A model generated the notes under the pieces. The model had not been told where the DNA came from. It did no database searches and saw only the letters and a program-made list of their open reading frames with translations. Shown here piece by piece: positions 48,166-57,712 of a stretch of DNA of 64,000 bases (positions are counted from its first letter, which is position 1; each line of letters starts with the position of its first letter). A program made the position numbers and the translations under genes. The stretch lies in NCBI GenBank assembly GCA_040756875.1, contig JBFLYH010000003.1:160001-224000 (forward strand), in the 5' to 3' direction. Source of the DNA: a candidate division FCPU426 bacterium (GTDB lineage: Bacteria > Oederibacteriota > JAAXVQ01 > JAUVAV01).

Positions 48166-49242
48166 ATGCGAACGTTTCATGCGATGCCCTGCGCTTTTGC
48201 CCTTGTCCGCGGGCTCGTGGTTGTCTGCGGCGCCTGGCTGCTCTCGATCCATCCGGCCCCTGCGGGCGCGGCCGTGCCGGTTGCGCATCCCGACACCGCG
48301 GCCGCGGTTGCGGACATCCGCTTCGACGCCGCGGAGTATTCCTTCGGCGAAGCCTGGGCCGGCGACAAGGTTGACGCGGTCTTCCACTTTTCCAACCAGG
48401 GCGCGGGGGCCCTGGAAATATTTTACGTCAAGCCCGGCTGCGGCTGCACCCAGGCCGGAGAATGGGACCGCCGCGTCGGGCCGGGAAAGCGGGGCCGCAT
48501 CCCCCTGCGCCTCAACACCGCCGGCCTGTCCGGGTTCATCAAACGCAAAGTGACGGTAACCAGCAACAGCCCCAAAAACCCGAACGTAACGCTGACCATT
48601 CAAGGCCAGGTGAATCCGCTGGCAGACCTTGATCCGCCGGAGCTGGTTTTCGGCCGGCTTGATCCCGGGCAATTGCCGGCTGCCCAAAAAGCCACGGCCA
48701 CCTTCCACTTGCCCGCACCGGTCCGGACCGCCCGCACGGCGTGCACCCTGTCCGGCTTTGCTGCGCGCACGAGGGAAATCAAGCGCGGCCAGGCTTTTGA
48801 AATCGAGGTCACTACGCCCGCGGCCCTGGCCCCTGGCGCCTACGCCGGCGTCGTGCGGCTGGAACTGGCAGAGCCGTCCGGACGTTCGCTCACTGTCCCG
48901 GTCAGCGCCTGGGTGCCGTCGGCCGTGGAAGTCCAGCCCGACCGCTTGCAGGTGCCCGCCGGCCCCCTGCCCGCAGACCTGGAGCGGACGCTGACCGTGC
49001 GCGGGGCCGGCAGCCAGGCATTGACGATCACTGACCTGGCCACCAATCTGCCCGAAACCCAAATCAATTGCGCGGACGGCCCGTCCCCGCAGTCGCAGAA
49101 AATCATGGTGCGCTTCAAGCGCGGGTGCCGCCTGTCTCCGCGCCAATCCTGGTGGATCGATGTCACCTTCGGCGACTCCCGCCTCGGCCGGCTGCGCATC
49201 CCCGTGTCCGCGCAAGCCGCCGGCGCGCCTGCCGAACCATGA
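48166..49242 (+). CDS. DUF1573 domain exported protein
   Basis: FHFSNQG..LEI..VKPGCGCT, followed by further Ig-like domains. Confidence 0.8.
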   Translation: MRTFHAMPCAFALVRGLVVVCGAWLLSIHPAPAGAAVPVAHPDTAAAVADIRFDAAEYSFGEAWAGDKVDAVFHFSNQGAGALEIFYVKPGCGCTQAGEWDRRVGPGKRGRIPLRLNTAGLSGFIKRKVTVTSNSPKNPNVTLTIQGQVNPLADLDPPELVFGRLDPGQLPAAQKATATFHLPAPVRTARTACTLSGFAARTREIKRGQAFEIEVTTPAALAPGAYAGVVRLELAEPSGRSLTVPVSAWVPSAVEVQPDRLQVPAGPLPADLERTLTVRGAGSQALTITDLATNLPETQINCADGPSPQSQKIMVRFKRGCRLSPRQSWWIDVTFGDSRLGRLRIPVSAQAAGAPAEP

Positions 49243-49718
49243 CCCGGCCGCGGCTGTTCTCCGCTTCCTCCCTGCTCGGGCAGACCCTGCTGCTGGCAGC
49301 CGTAGCCAGCGGCGCGGCCCTGCTGGCCAACCAGCTCCGGCCCCACGGACTGGCCTGGCGCGGGCCTGAATTCCGCGCAATCGCCCTCGCTGAAATGACG
49401 ACCCTGGTCCTGTCCGGCCAGGCCCAGCTGGTGGACGCCCGGCCGACAGCCGAGTTCGCCGCCGGGCACGTCGCCGGCGCCCTCAATCTTCCCGAGGAAG
49501 AAAAAACCCTGGCCCTGCAGCGGGTTTTCCGGCAGCTGCCTGAAGACCAGCTTCTGATCGTTTATTGCCGGGGTCCGGAATGCCAGGCCAGCCTGCGACT
49601 GGCCAGGTTCCTGGCGCAAAACGGCGTGCCGGCTTCGCGCCTCGCCGTATTTCAGCCGGGGTGGGAAGCTCTGCAAGCGCAGACCGCCCTGCCCCTGGCA
49701 ACCGGAGCGGCGCCATGA
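49239..49718 (+). CDS. Membrane-anchored rhodanese-like protein
   Basis: LVDARP..FAAGHVAGALNLP, IVYCRGPEC, GW; ATGA overlaps on both sides. Confidence 0.85.
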   Translation: MTRPRLFSASSLLGQTLLLAAVASGAALLANQLRPHGLAWRGPEFRAIALAEMTTLVLSGQAQLVDARPTAEFAAGHVAGALNLPEEEKTLALQRVFRQLPEDQLLIVYCRGPECQASLRLARFLAQNGVPASRLAVFQPGWEALQAQTALPLATGAAP

Positions 49719-50137
49719 ACCCAGGAGCCAGGCGTGCGGTTGCCGCGGCCAGCGCGTGGTTGTTGGCGGGAATTTTTCTGTTTGCGGGGCTGGAGAAGTG
49801 GCTGCAACCCGGCGCTTTCGCCGATGCCATCGCGGACTACCGGCTGCTGCCCGGGGCGTGGGTCAACCTGGCGGCCGTGCTCATCCCGGCCTGGGAAATC
49901 GCGGCTGCGCTGGCCCTGCTGGTTCCCGGCTGGAGGCGGTCCGGCGCGTTGATCATCCTGGGATTGTGCGCGGTTTTTTTCGCGGCCGTGGTCTCGGCGC
50001 TGGCCCGCGGGCTGGACATTGATTGCGGCTGTTTCGGCCCGCTCGCCAGGCGGGCGGACTGGATGACGCTATTGCTGGATCTGGCGCTGGGAGCGTGCGC
50101 GCTGTATCTGGCGAAGCCCTCCCGGGGCGGGACGTGA
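49715..50137 (+). CDS. MauE/DoxX family membrane protein
   Basis: FLFAGLEK..P..FA..IADYRLLP, RGLDIDCGCFG. Confidence 0.87.
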   Translation: MNPGARRAVAAASAWLLAGIFLFAGLEKWLQPGAFADAIADYRLLPGAWVNLAAVLIPAWEIAAALALLVPGWRRSGALIILGLCAVFFAAVVSALARGLDIDCGCFGPLARRADWMTLLLDLALGACALYLAKPSRGGT

Positions 50138-50149
50138 CGGTGCAAACGG

Positions 50150-50524
50150 TCAGGCCGGCGCCGGGGCCCCGGTCTTGGGGTTGACCGCCAGGGGCACGAT
50201 CAGGGTCCACAGCACCAGCAGCACCGATCCGATCCACGGCTGGTACAGCCCCCAGTACTGAAACGGCCCGCCCAGGGTGTACAGCCACACCACCACCGCG
50301 ATCGTGGTCATGACCACCTGGCCGGTCCGGCGCACCTGCTGGAGCCGCGTCAGGTACAGCGGCGTCAGCGCCACCAAAAGCACTCCGGCGATCAGGGTCG
50401 CCCACTTGGCGTAGGCCGGCGGCACCACGCCCTGCAGGGCCATGTACGCGCCGACGATCTCCGTGGGAATCAGTTTGAGCATGCGGTCCTGGTAGGATTG
50501 TACGGTCTGGATTTCGCGCGCCAT
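50150..50524 (-). CDS. Hypothetical membrane protein (about 4 TM)
   Basis: YQDRMLKLIPTEIVGAY..., hydrophobic segments, AGGAGG RBS. Confidence 0.65.
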   Translation of the reverse strand: MAREIQTVQSYQDRMLKLIPTEIVGAYMALQGVVPPAYAKWATLIAGVLLVALTPLYLTRLQQVRRTGQVVMTTIAVVVWLYTLGGPFQYWGLYQPWIGSVLLVLWTLIVPLAVNPKTGAPAPA

Positions 50525-50569
50525 GTTCCCCTCCTGGAATGGATTTCCCTCTGCCGGGCCGGCAGGATG

Positions 50570-51373
50570 TTATTTCAGCTTCTCGTCCCCGGTTTCCTGC
50601 CGCATGGTCAGGCCGATCGACCCTTCGGCTTTCTCGCCCAGCCTGAAAAAAATGCGCGGCGGCAGCTTGACAGGCCGCTCGAAATACAGCACGCCGGTGA
50701 CCGTTTCCCCGGGGCCCAGCGAACGCGGCCAGAGATAGTTTTCGGCGACCCGGTTGATTTCCTCGATCATCTGCGCGGCCCGGCGGTAGTCCTCGGGGCC
50801 GGCCGGTTTCCTGCCGGCCACCCAGTCACCCACCTGGCGCCACCAGGGCACGGGCCAGCCCCGCTCCTTGAGCAGGGTCAGCCGGCCGTAAACTTCCACG
50901 AGCTTCTGCTTGCCGTAATCGGAGCGGATCGAACTGAGCAGGTCGTCGATTTCCGAGACATGCTGGGGCAGAAGGCGCCGCAAAGCCTTGAGGTTTTCCG
51001 CGACCAGCTCGTCGGCCAGGACCGGCCTGAGCCGGCGGGTGTCCGCGTCGGTCAGGTCCGCGAATTCCGGCGAAATGCCGAAGACTTTTTTCCAGCGGGA
51101 ATAGCCGGTCAGGGCCCCGTCCCAGTCGCGCGTCATGCCGTCGAAGGTCATGTACAGGAGATCCGTGGACTTTTCATGGCCCAGCTTCAGGGGCTGGGTG
51201 AGCGAATGGTTTTCCACCCGCAGCATCACCATCACCGGGTCCGTGGCGTCGTCGAGTTCCGCATACACGTCCGCGAAACCGATCGGGAGCTCGGCCTTCC
51301 ACACCGCGGCCTGGCCGGAGACCGCGGGTGCCAGGCCCGCCAGGAGCAGGAGTCCCCAACCCGCCCGTTTCAC
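50570..51373 (-). CDS. Hypothetical exported protein
   Basis: GTG start overlapping the maf stop, signal-peptide-like N-terminus, LGPGETVTGVLYF. Confidence 0.55.
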   Translation of the reverse strand: MKRAGWGLLLLAGLAPAVSGQAAVWKAELPIGFADVYAELDDATDPVMVMLRVENHSLTQPLKLGHEKSTDLLYMTFDGMTRDWDGALTGYSRWKKVFGISPEFADLTDADTRRLRPVLADELVAENLKALRRLLPQHVSEIDDLLSSIRSDYGKQKLVEVYGRLTLLKERGWPVPWWRQVGDWVAGRKPAGPEDYRRAAQMIEEINRVAENYLWPRSLGPGETVTGVLYFERPVKLPPRIFFRLGEKAEGSIGLTMRQETGDEKLK

Positions 51374-51957
51374 GCGCGCACCCCCAGCCGTGCCAAGGCC
51401 GCGCACACGGCGGCCAGCGGAAGTCCCACCACGTTGGCGGCGCAGCCTTCGATCCGGTGAATAAAGGCGCCGGCCCGACCCTGGATGCCGTAGGCGCCGG
51501 CCTTGTCACGCCACTCGCCCGCTTGCAGGTAACGCGCCTCCTCGGACCGGCTGATGGGCCGCATCCAGACGCGGGTTACCTCGCGCCAGGAATAGCCGCG
51601 CCCCGTGGCCGAATGCAGCAGCGCCACGCCGGTCACGACCCGGTGCCTGCGGCCCGCCAGGCGCCGCAGCATGCGGCGGGCCTGGGCCCGGTCAACAGGC
51701 TTGCCGAACGCTTCCCGGCCCGCGATCACCACCGTGTCCGCGGCCAGCACCCACGCCGGCCGGCTGAGCCGCGCGGCCACGTCCCGGGCTTTGTGGCGCG
51801 CCGCCGCCTCGGCAAAGCGCCCCGGGTCGCCCTGGGGCCGCCCTTCCTCCCAGCGGGAGGGCACCACCCGGAAGCGCAGGCCCGCCTGCCGCAGGAGCTG
51901 CCGCCGCCGCGGCGACGCCGAGGCCAGGACCAGGGGCGCGGTGTTCTTTTTACTCAT
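51370..51957 (-). CDS. maf: Maf family nucleotide pyrophosphatase
   Basis: LVLASASPRRRQLL, AADTVV, GKP, DKAGAYGIQG, NVVGLP. Confidence 0.94.
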   Translation of the reverse strand: MSKKNTAPLVLASASPRRRQLLRQAGLRFRVVPSRWEEGRPQGDPGRFAEAAARHKARDVAARLSRPAWVLAADTVVIAGREAFGKPVDRAQARRMLRRLAGRRHRVVTGVALLHSATGRGYSWREVTRVWMRPISRSEEARYLQAGEWRDKAGAYGIQGRAGAFIHRIEGCAANVVGLPLAAVCAALARLGVRA

Positions 51958-51983
51958 ATTAAAACCCTCGCAATATAATGATG

Positions 51984-52238
51984 ACCACGAAGGACACGAA
52001 GCACAAACCAAGAAACCAAAATAGAATCGGGGTTTAGACCCCGGAATCAACATTCCTCCCGAAAAGCAGACAGGGGAGTGACCCCCCGGACTAAAGTCCG
52101 GGGCTCCCTCCCTACGCAAACAAATCCCGCAACCCTCTCCCCGGGTTAAAGCCCGGGGATTCTTGCGGAGGGATTAAAATGGAAATGGAGTTAAAACCCT
52201 CTCCAACTTCGTGTTCGTTTTTTTTGTGCTCTTCGTGG
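51984..52238. repeat. CACGAAG-type repeat arms enclosing extra GC-rich hairpins
   Basis: Left arm ACCACGAAGGACACGAAG, right arm CTTCGTG...CTCTTCGTGG; inner hairpins CCCCGGACTAAAGTCCGGGG and CCCCGGGTTAAAGCCCGGGG. Confidence 0.65.
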
Positions 52239-52265
52239 ATAGCTTTTATCAGGTATATGGTTTCC

Positions 52266-52754
52266 TCACCGCAGCACGCGGTGCACGCCGCGAAACCGGC
52301 TGCGCCAATACGGTTCGTTGGCATCGGAGATCTTCACTTCCCCGCCGCTGCTGGGCGCGTGCACGAACCGCCCTTTTCCCAGGTAAATGCCCACGTGGGA
52401 AATGCCGCGGCCGTTGATGTCGAAAAACAGCAGGTCCGCCGGCTCTTCCCCGCCCAGCGGCACGTGCCGGGTGGCGGCGAACTGGCGCCTGCTGGTGCGG
52501 GGCAGCGCCACGCCGGCCGCCTGGCGGAATACGTACTGCACCAAACCCGAGCAGTCGAAGCCCGCCGGAGTCGTGCCTCCATATCGGTACGGTTTGCCCT
52601 GCAGGGAGGTTGCCAGCTGCACCACGCGCTCCACGGCCGCGGGATTCGCCGGCAGCGGCCGCACCGCGGCGCAACCGCCGGCCGCCACCGCGCAGCCCGC
52701 CACCCAGGCGGTCAGGACCGCCCGGCGCCGGAGGAGGCTAAACGTTGTCCTCAT
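52266..52754 (-). CDS. NlpC/P60 (C40) peptidoglycan endopeptidase lipoprotein
   Basis: GKPYRYGG..PAGFDCSGLV, LPRTS, SHVGIYLG, FVHA. Confidence 0.93.
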   Translation of the reverse strand: MRTTFSLLRRRAVLTAWVAGCAVAAGGCAAVRPLPANPAAVERVVQLATSLQGKPYRYGGTTPAGFDCSGLVQYVFRQAAGVALPRTSRRQFAATRHVPLGGEEPADLLFFDINGRGISHVGIYLGKGRFVHAPSSGGEVKISDANEPYWRSRFRGVHRVLR

Positions 52755-53295
52755 TCTTGGGCGGATCGGCTGAACGCGCGGACCGCAGCATGCTGTTGAG
52801 GATTTCCTCTTCCGATTCGGTGGACGCCACCAGGAGCAGCTTTTCGATGGTCGTGGCCCGCAGGCAATGTTCGACCACGGTGAGGAAGGTGGTTTCGAAC
52901 GCGCGCGCCAGGGAAAAGCCGCCCACGCACAGGCCGGACGGCATCATGGCCACGCTCGCGCAGCGGTGTTCCCGGGCCACTTTGAGGGCCTCGGCCAGAG
53001 CCTGGTGGACCTGGCGCTCGTTGACCATCATGTCCTGCCCCCAGGCGGCCGCGTGGATCAGGTATTTGCATTTCAGGCGCCCGGCCGTGGTCAGCACGGC
53101 CCGGCCGACGGACACCGGGCCCAGTTCCATGGCCTCCCGCTCCAAATTGGAGCCGCCGCGCCGCTTGAGGGAATCGGAAAGATAGGAAGAAAACCACAGA
53201 TAATTGTTGGTGGGATGGATGATGACATCCACTTCCTGGGCGGCCAGGTCGCCGAACGCCACCACGATGCGGGTCGAACCGATTTTCAATTCCAT
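52738..53295 (-). CDS. Macro domain protein (divergent ligand-binding loops)
   Basis: GDLAAQEVDVII, GRAVLTTAGRLKCKYLIHAA. Confidence 0.82.
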   Translation of the reverse strand: MELKIGSTRIVVAFGDLAAQEVDVIIHPTNNYLWFSSYLSDSLKRRGGSNLEREAMELGPVSVGRAVLTTAGRLKCKYLIHAAAWGQDMMVNERQVHQALAEALKVAREHRCASVAMMPSGLCVGGFSLARAFETTFLTVVEHCLRATTIEKLLLVASTESEEEILNSMLRSARSADPPKNEDNV

Positions 53296-53427
53296 GCGGT
53301 TTTCTCCGGGCAGAGTTTAGAAATTGTAGCACGCCGGAGCGCGGGCGGGCAAACAACTTTTCCGTACCTTTTTCCGCGGCACCCTGCTAGACTAGCGGCC
53401 GTCATCTGTTTTAAACAGGAGCCGTCC

Positions 53428-54225
53428 ATGCCCCCGAAAAACCGCTTCCCCGAACTGGTCCGCCTGATGGCCCGGCTGCGCGCGCCCGACGGCTGCCCGT
53501 GGGACCGCAAGCAGACGCACCGCTCGCTGCGCCCCTTTCTGCTCGAGGAAACGCACGAAGTGCTCGAAGCCATCGCCAGCCGGAGCCCCCGGCGCCTGCA
53601 GGACGAGCTCGGCGACCTCCTCTTCCAGATCATTTTTCACGCCCAGCTGGCCGCGGAAGCCGGGCAGTTCACCATCGACGACGTCGTCGCGGGCAGCCTC
53701 GCCAAAATGAAGCGGCGGCACCCGCATGTCTTCGGGAACGAACGCCTGCGGACGTCGGGGCAGGTGCTGGAAAACTGGGAGGAGATCAAACGCCGCGAAC
53801 GCGGCGGCTCGGGCAAATCGCTTCTGGACGGCGTGCCCCGCACGCTGCCGGCCCTGGTGCGCGCCCACCGCGTGCAGTCCAAGGCTGCGCGCGTGGGGTT
53901 CACCTGGAGCCGCTGGGAGGAGGCGATGGCCAAGGTTTTGGAGGAAGTCCGGGAATTGGAGCAGGCCCTGCTGTCCCGGCGCACGGTCCGCGTCCAGGAG
54001 GAACTGGGCGACGCCTTTTTCGCCCTCGTCAATCTGGCCCGCTTCGCCGGCACCAATCCCGAGGACGCCCTGCACCTGGCCGTGGCCAAATTCATCCGGC
54101 GCTTTGCGCGCGTGGAAAAGGAATCCAAGCGCCGGGGCCGTCCGCTGTCGGATTTTTCCCTGACCGAGCTGCTGCGGATCTGGAAGGGCGGGAAGAAATC
54201 GCGGCGCAAACGCCATCCGCGATAA
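53428..54225 (+). CDS. mazG: Nucleoside triphosphate pyrophosphohydrolase MazG
   Basis: LRAPDGCPWDRKQT, EETHEV, ELGDLLFQ, RRHPHVF, EELGD. Confidence 0.96.
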   Translation: MPPKNRFPELVRLMARLRAPDGCPWDRKQTHRSLRPFLLEETHEVLEAIASRSPRRLQDELGDLLFQIIFHAQLAAEAGQFTIDDVVAGSLAKMKRRHPHVFGNERLRTSGQVLENWEEIKRRERGGSGKSLLDGVPRTLPALVRAHRVQSKAARVGFTWSRWEEAMAKVLEEVRELEQALLSRRTVRVQEELGDAFFALVNLARFAGTNPEDALHLAVAKFIRRFARVEKESKRRGRPLSDFSLTELLRIWKGGKKSRRKRHPR

Positions 54226-54227
54226 TC

Positions 54228-54255
54228 GTAGGGGCGTTCAATTGAACGCCCCTAC
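54228..54255. repeat. GTAG-family REP, perfect 28-bp palindrome
   Basis: GTAGGGGCGTTCAA/TTGAACGCCCCTAC. Confidence 0.8.
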
Positions 54256-54275
54256 CCAATGAAATCATTCCGGCA

Positions 54276-54408
54276 GGGGCGACCGCAGGCGACCGCAGGA
54301 AGTCCCTCGGCGTCCGAAGGACGCATATATAGGTCATTCAGGTAGGGGCGACCAAAGGAAGTCCCTTTAGGGAAAGTCCCTCGGCGTCCGAAGGACGCAT
54401 ATATAGGT
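54276..54408 (+). repeat. Tandem GCGACC-GGAAGTCCC family repeats with an exact 35-bp duplication
   Basis: AAGTCCCTCGGCGTCCGAAGGACGCATATATAGGT at 54300-54334 and 54374-54408. Confidence 0.8.
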
Positions 54409-55583
54409 TATTCCGGCAGGGGCGGCTCCCCTGGCGCGCGGAAAATTTCCACGCCGCGGACGAACACCCGGCGGATCGAGAGGTCCGGCCCGGCCAGCAC
54501 CAGGTCCGCCAGACCGTTCACTCCGATGCGGCCCAGGCCTTTATGTCTGAGCAGCCGCGCGGGGTTGCGCGTGGCCATGCGGACCGCGTTGAAGATCGTC
54601 ATTTTCGGCATGTCCGCCGCCACGGTCACGCCCCGCCACAATGGATACACGCCGCCCGCGATCGTGCCGTCGGCCTGGCGCGCCAGGCCTTGCTCCACCT
54701 TCAAGGTTTCGACCTTCGGCTGGGTGTATTCGCCGTCCGGCAGTCCGGCCACCCAGCGGCAATCGGAAACCAGAATCAGCTCCCCCACCTTGCCCCGCAG
54801 GAACATGCTGAGCGCTTCCGGCGCCAGATGCACGCCGTCCGCGATCACTTCCGCGGTCAGCCGCGGATCAGCCAGGGCGGCGCCCACCAGGCCGGGATCC
54901 CGCTGGTGAAAAGGCCGCATGGCGTTGCCGAGATGCGTAACCAGGGTGGCCCCCCACTCCGCGGCGGCATGGGCCTGTTCAGCCGTGGCCAGCGAGTGGC
55001 CTAGGGCCGCCACCACGCCTTCGGAACGCAATTTCCTGACGACATCCTCGGCGCCCGGCAGTTCGGGCGCCACGGTCATGACCCTGATCTCACCCAAGCC
55101 GGCTTCCAGAATGGCGTCCAGCTCGTCCAAATCCACGGGCCGCACGACGTCAGCCGGAATCGAGCCGCGGGCTTCGGGGTTGAGATACGGCCCCTCCAGG
55201 TGCAGCCCCAGCAGCCGCAGGGGCGCCTGCTGCCGGGCTTCCTGCAGCAGCTCCGCCTGCCGAGCCAGATCGTCGAGGTCCCTGAAAAACACGGATAACA
55301 GCATGGCCGTGGTGCCCTGGCTGGCGTGGAAATAGCTCGCCGCCAGCAGGCCGCCCAGGGTCGAGGTGTCCGCCCCGCCGCCGCCGTGGCAGTGGATGTC
55401 CACCAGGCCGGGAAGCACCAGATAGCGCTGGGCGCCGATGAAGCTCTTGGGCGAAAACCGCCCGGCGGCTGACGAAGGCAGGATGTTCTCGATCCGCCGG
55501 CCGGAAATCACCACCAGCTTGTCTTCCAGCGGCTCTTCGTCGCCGGCCAAAGCCCGGGCCCGGATGATGAAGCGTTTGAGCAT
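54408..55583 (-). CDS. nagA: N-acetylglucosamine-6-phosphate deacetylase
   Basis: PGLVDIHCHG, GLHLEGPYL, TVAPE, GHS, THLGNAM, IADGVH. Confidence 0.9.
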   Translation of the reverse strand: MLKRFIIRARALAGDEEPLEDKLVVISGRRIENILPSSAAGRFSPKSFIGAQRYLVLPGLVDIHCHGGGGADTSTLGGLLAASYFHASQGTTAMLLSVFFRDLDDLARQAELLQEARQQAPLRLLGLHLEGPYLNPEARGSIPADVVRPVDLDELDAILEAGLGEIRVMTVAPELPGAEDVVRKLRSEGVVAALGHSLATAEQAHAAAEWGATLVTHLGNAMRPFHQRDPGLVGAALADPRLTAEVIADGVHLAPEALSMFLRGKVGELILVSDCRWVAGLPDGEYTQPKVETLKVEQGLARQADGTIAGGVYPLWRGVTVAADMPKMTIFNAVRMATRNPARLLRHKGLGRIGVNGLADLVLAGPDLSIRRVFVRGVEIFRAPGEPPLPE

Positions 55584-55590
55584 GTTCGCC

Positions 55591-55968
55591 CTACCCTTCC
55601 AACACGACGGTGGCGGCCGCGTAGCCGTAGCTGTGGGACAGGGACAGCCAGTTCCGTTTGACCCCCGCGCGCCGCGACAGCTCCTGCGCGCGCCCGCTCA
55701 GGCGCAATTGCGGCCGGCCGGTGCGGTTGCGCACTACTTCCACTTCCGTCCACTTGACGCCCCGCGCCCAGCCGGTCCCCAGGGCCTTGAAAAACGCCTC
55801 TTTAGCGCAAAAGCGGCCGCAAAAATGCTGGCCCGAGCGCTTCTGCCGACGGCAGTAGGCGATTTCGGCGGGCGTGAAGGTCTTGCGGAGAAACGCCGCG
55901 CCGCTGCGCTCGATCGCGCGCTCCAAGCGCGCGATTTCCTGGATGTCGAGGCCCACGCCGATCACCAT
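55591..55968 (-). CDS. acpS: Holo-[acyl-carrier-protein] synthase
   Basis: GVGLDI, FTPAEI, GRFCAKEAFFKALGTG, LSLSH. Confidence 0.95.
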   Translation of the reverse strand: MVIGVGLDIQEIARLERAIERSGAAFLRKTFTPAEIAYCRRQKRSGQHFCGRFCAKEAFFKALGTGWARGVKWTEVEVVRNRTGRPQLRLSGRAQELSRRAGVKRNWLSLSHSYGYAAATVVLEG

Positions 55969-56034
55969 GTGCGAAAGTTCCTTTCAGGATTCGATCGATT
56001 ATACACCAAGAAAGGGCCGGGGGGAATGGATGGT

Positions 56035-57501
56035 TCAGCGGAGCTGTTCCAGGCGGAGAAACAGGTGCACCAGTTCCGGGTCCAGTTCGCTGCCGGCGAG
56101 CCGGCGCAGCGATTCCCGCGCCTGTCCGGCGGGCTGGGGCGTGGCCCCGGGATAATCGCTGGTCAGCCGGTCGAAGGCGTTGGCCACGGCCAGCAGGCGC
56201 GCGAACAGGGGGATGGCTTCGCCGCGCAGCCGGTCCGGATAGCCGGAACCGTCAAACCATTCATGATGGGCCCGGATCAAGGCCGGCGCGTCGGGCAAAA
56301 ATCCCAGAGGCTTGACGATGTTCGCGCCGACTTCCACGTGCGTGCGCAGCACCTGCTGCTCCCAATCGCTGAGCTTGGCCCGCTGGCGGAGGATGTCCTC
56401 GGGCACCGCGATCTTGCCGATGTCGTGCAGCAGGGCGAGATATTCCAGCCGGTGAAGTTCCACCTCGTCCAGCTTCAGTCCCTGCCCCAGGCGCCGGGCA
56501 TAGCGGGCCACGCGCTGCGAATGGTTGAAGGTGAAGGCGTCCTTGGCTTCCAGCGTGGCCAGCAGGGCTTTCACCGAGCCGTGGAAGGACCGCTGCAGTT
56601 CGCGCGTCAGTTCGAGGTGGTCCAGGGCCGAGGCGGCCAGGCTTCCGAGCACCCCCAAAAATTGCAGCGTCTCGGAACCAAAGGCCGGGGCCGCGTTTCC
56701 GCGGTAAAGCAGCAGGGCGCCGCGGACCCGTCCGTTCCGCAAAAACGGCATGGCCAGGATCGAGCCGCCGGCGAAGGTGTCGACGAAATCCTGGTCCCGG
56801 GCCACGTCCGGCACGTACAGGGCGCGGCGGTGGCGCTGCAGCCATTCCAGGACGTATTCCTCGCCCGCGGAGATCTCCCCGGCCGCGGGCTGTCCGCGGA
56901 GAAAAAGGCTGCGGAATGCGAAGCCGGGCTGGTCCGCCTGGTATAAAACCAGCAGGGACCGGTCGGACTTGAGGATCTGCTGCACCATGGTCTGCAGCCG
57001 GGAGCCGAGCTTCGTCAAGTCCTGGTCCCGGGAAAACGCCATCCCGATTTCCTCGAGCACCGAATATTCCAGCAGGCGTTGTTTGAGGTTCCGGTCCTGG
57101 CGGCGTTCCTGGATCTTGGCCGGGGCCGGCGGGAAGCTGTTGCGGGTCAGCGCGTAGTCCACCGCCTCACGGACCGTGGCAACGTCGAAGGGTTTGACGA
57201 TCAAATCGCGGGCGCCCTGGTCCAGGGCCTCGGTCACCGTGGCTTCCGTGGCATAAGCGGAAATCAGGATCACGGACGTGAGGGTGCCCCAGCGTTCGCG
57301 GATGGTCCGCAGGAGTTCCATGCCGTCCATGCGGGGCATAAGGATGTCCGAGAGCACCAGGTCGAACGTCCGCTGCCCCAGCCGCTCCATGGCTTCCATG
57401 CCGTCCACTGCGGTCTCGATGACGTGGTTCTGGTCCCCCAGGATCAGGCTGAGGGACTCCCGGATGCCGCGGTCGTCGTCCACGACCAGAATTCTCGACA
57501 T
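56035..57501 (-). CDS. Response regulator with GAF and HD-GYP phosphodiesterase domains
   Basis: Receiver (SDILMPRMDG), GAF, HSQRV, LHDIGK, HHEWFDGSGYP. Confidence 0.9.
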   Translation of the reverse strand: MSRILVVDDDRGIRESLSLILGDQNHVIETAVDGMEAMERLGQRTFDLVLSDILMPRMDGMELLRTIRERWGTLTSVILISAYATEATVTEALDQGARDLIVKPFDVATVREAVDYALTRNSFPPAPAKIQERRQDRNLKQRLLEYSVLEEIGMAFSRDQDLTKLGSRLQTMVQQILKSDRSLLVLYQADQPGFAFRSLFLRGQPAAGEISAGEEYVLEWLQRHRRALYVPDVARDQDFVDTFAGGSILAMPFLRNGRVRGALLLYRGNAAPAFGSETLQFLGVLGSLAASALDHLELTRELQRSFHGSVKALLATLEAKDAFTFNHSQRVARYARRLGQGLKLDEVELHRLEYLALLHDIGKIAVPEDILRQRAKLSDWEQQVLRTHVEVGANIVKPLGFLPDAPALIRAHHEWFDGSGYPDRLRGEAIPLFARLLAVANAFDRLTSDYPGATPQPAGQARESLRRLAGSELDPELVHLFLRLEQLR

Positions 57502-57712
57502 GCCGACCTCCCAGGCGCTGCTTGCGGCCTATGCACACTTTCGGAAGCCGCTTCCCCGGACCTTAGACGACCGCTGTGATTATACCATCCTTTCTCGCCC
57601 CCGAATGACGCTCCCAAAAAGTGCTTTCGCGGATCCCTTTTCTTCCCTATAATAACCCCATTCTCGCTTCTGTGGAGGCCCGGGGCCTGCACAGGGAATT
57701 CTCAGGGTATCC

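Noticed and set aside
54300-54408. Mini-CRISPR (35-bp repeat twice, 39-bp spacer)
   Set aside because: Only two repeats, the spacer copies the upstream flank (GGGGCGACC..GGAAGTCCC), related copies are dispersed and no cas genes are present; a tandem duplication fits better.
55591-55968. acpS as part of the sphingolipid pathway
   Set aside because: Housekeeping gene 24 kb away in an unrelated operon.
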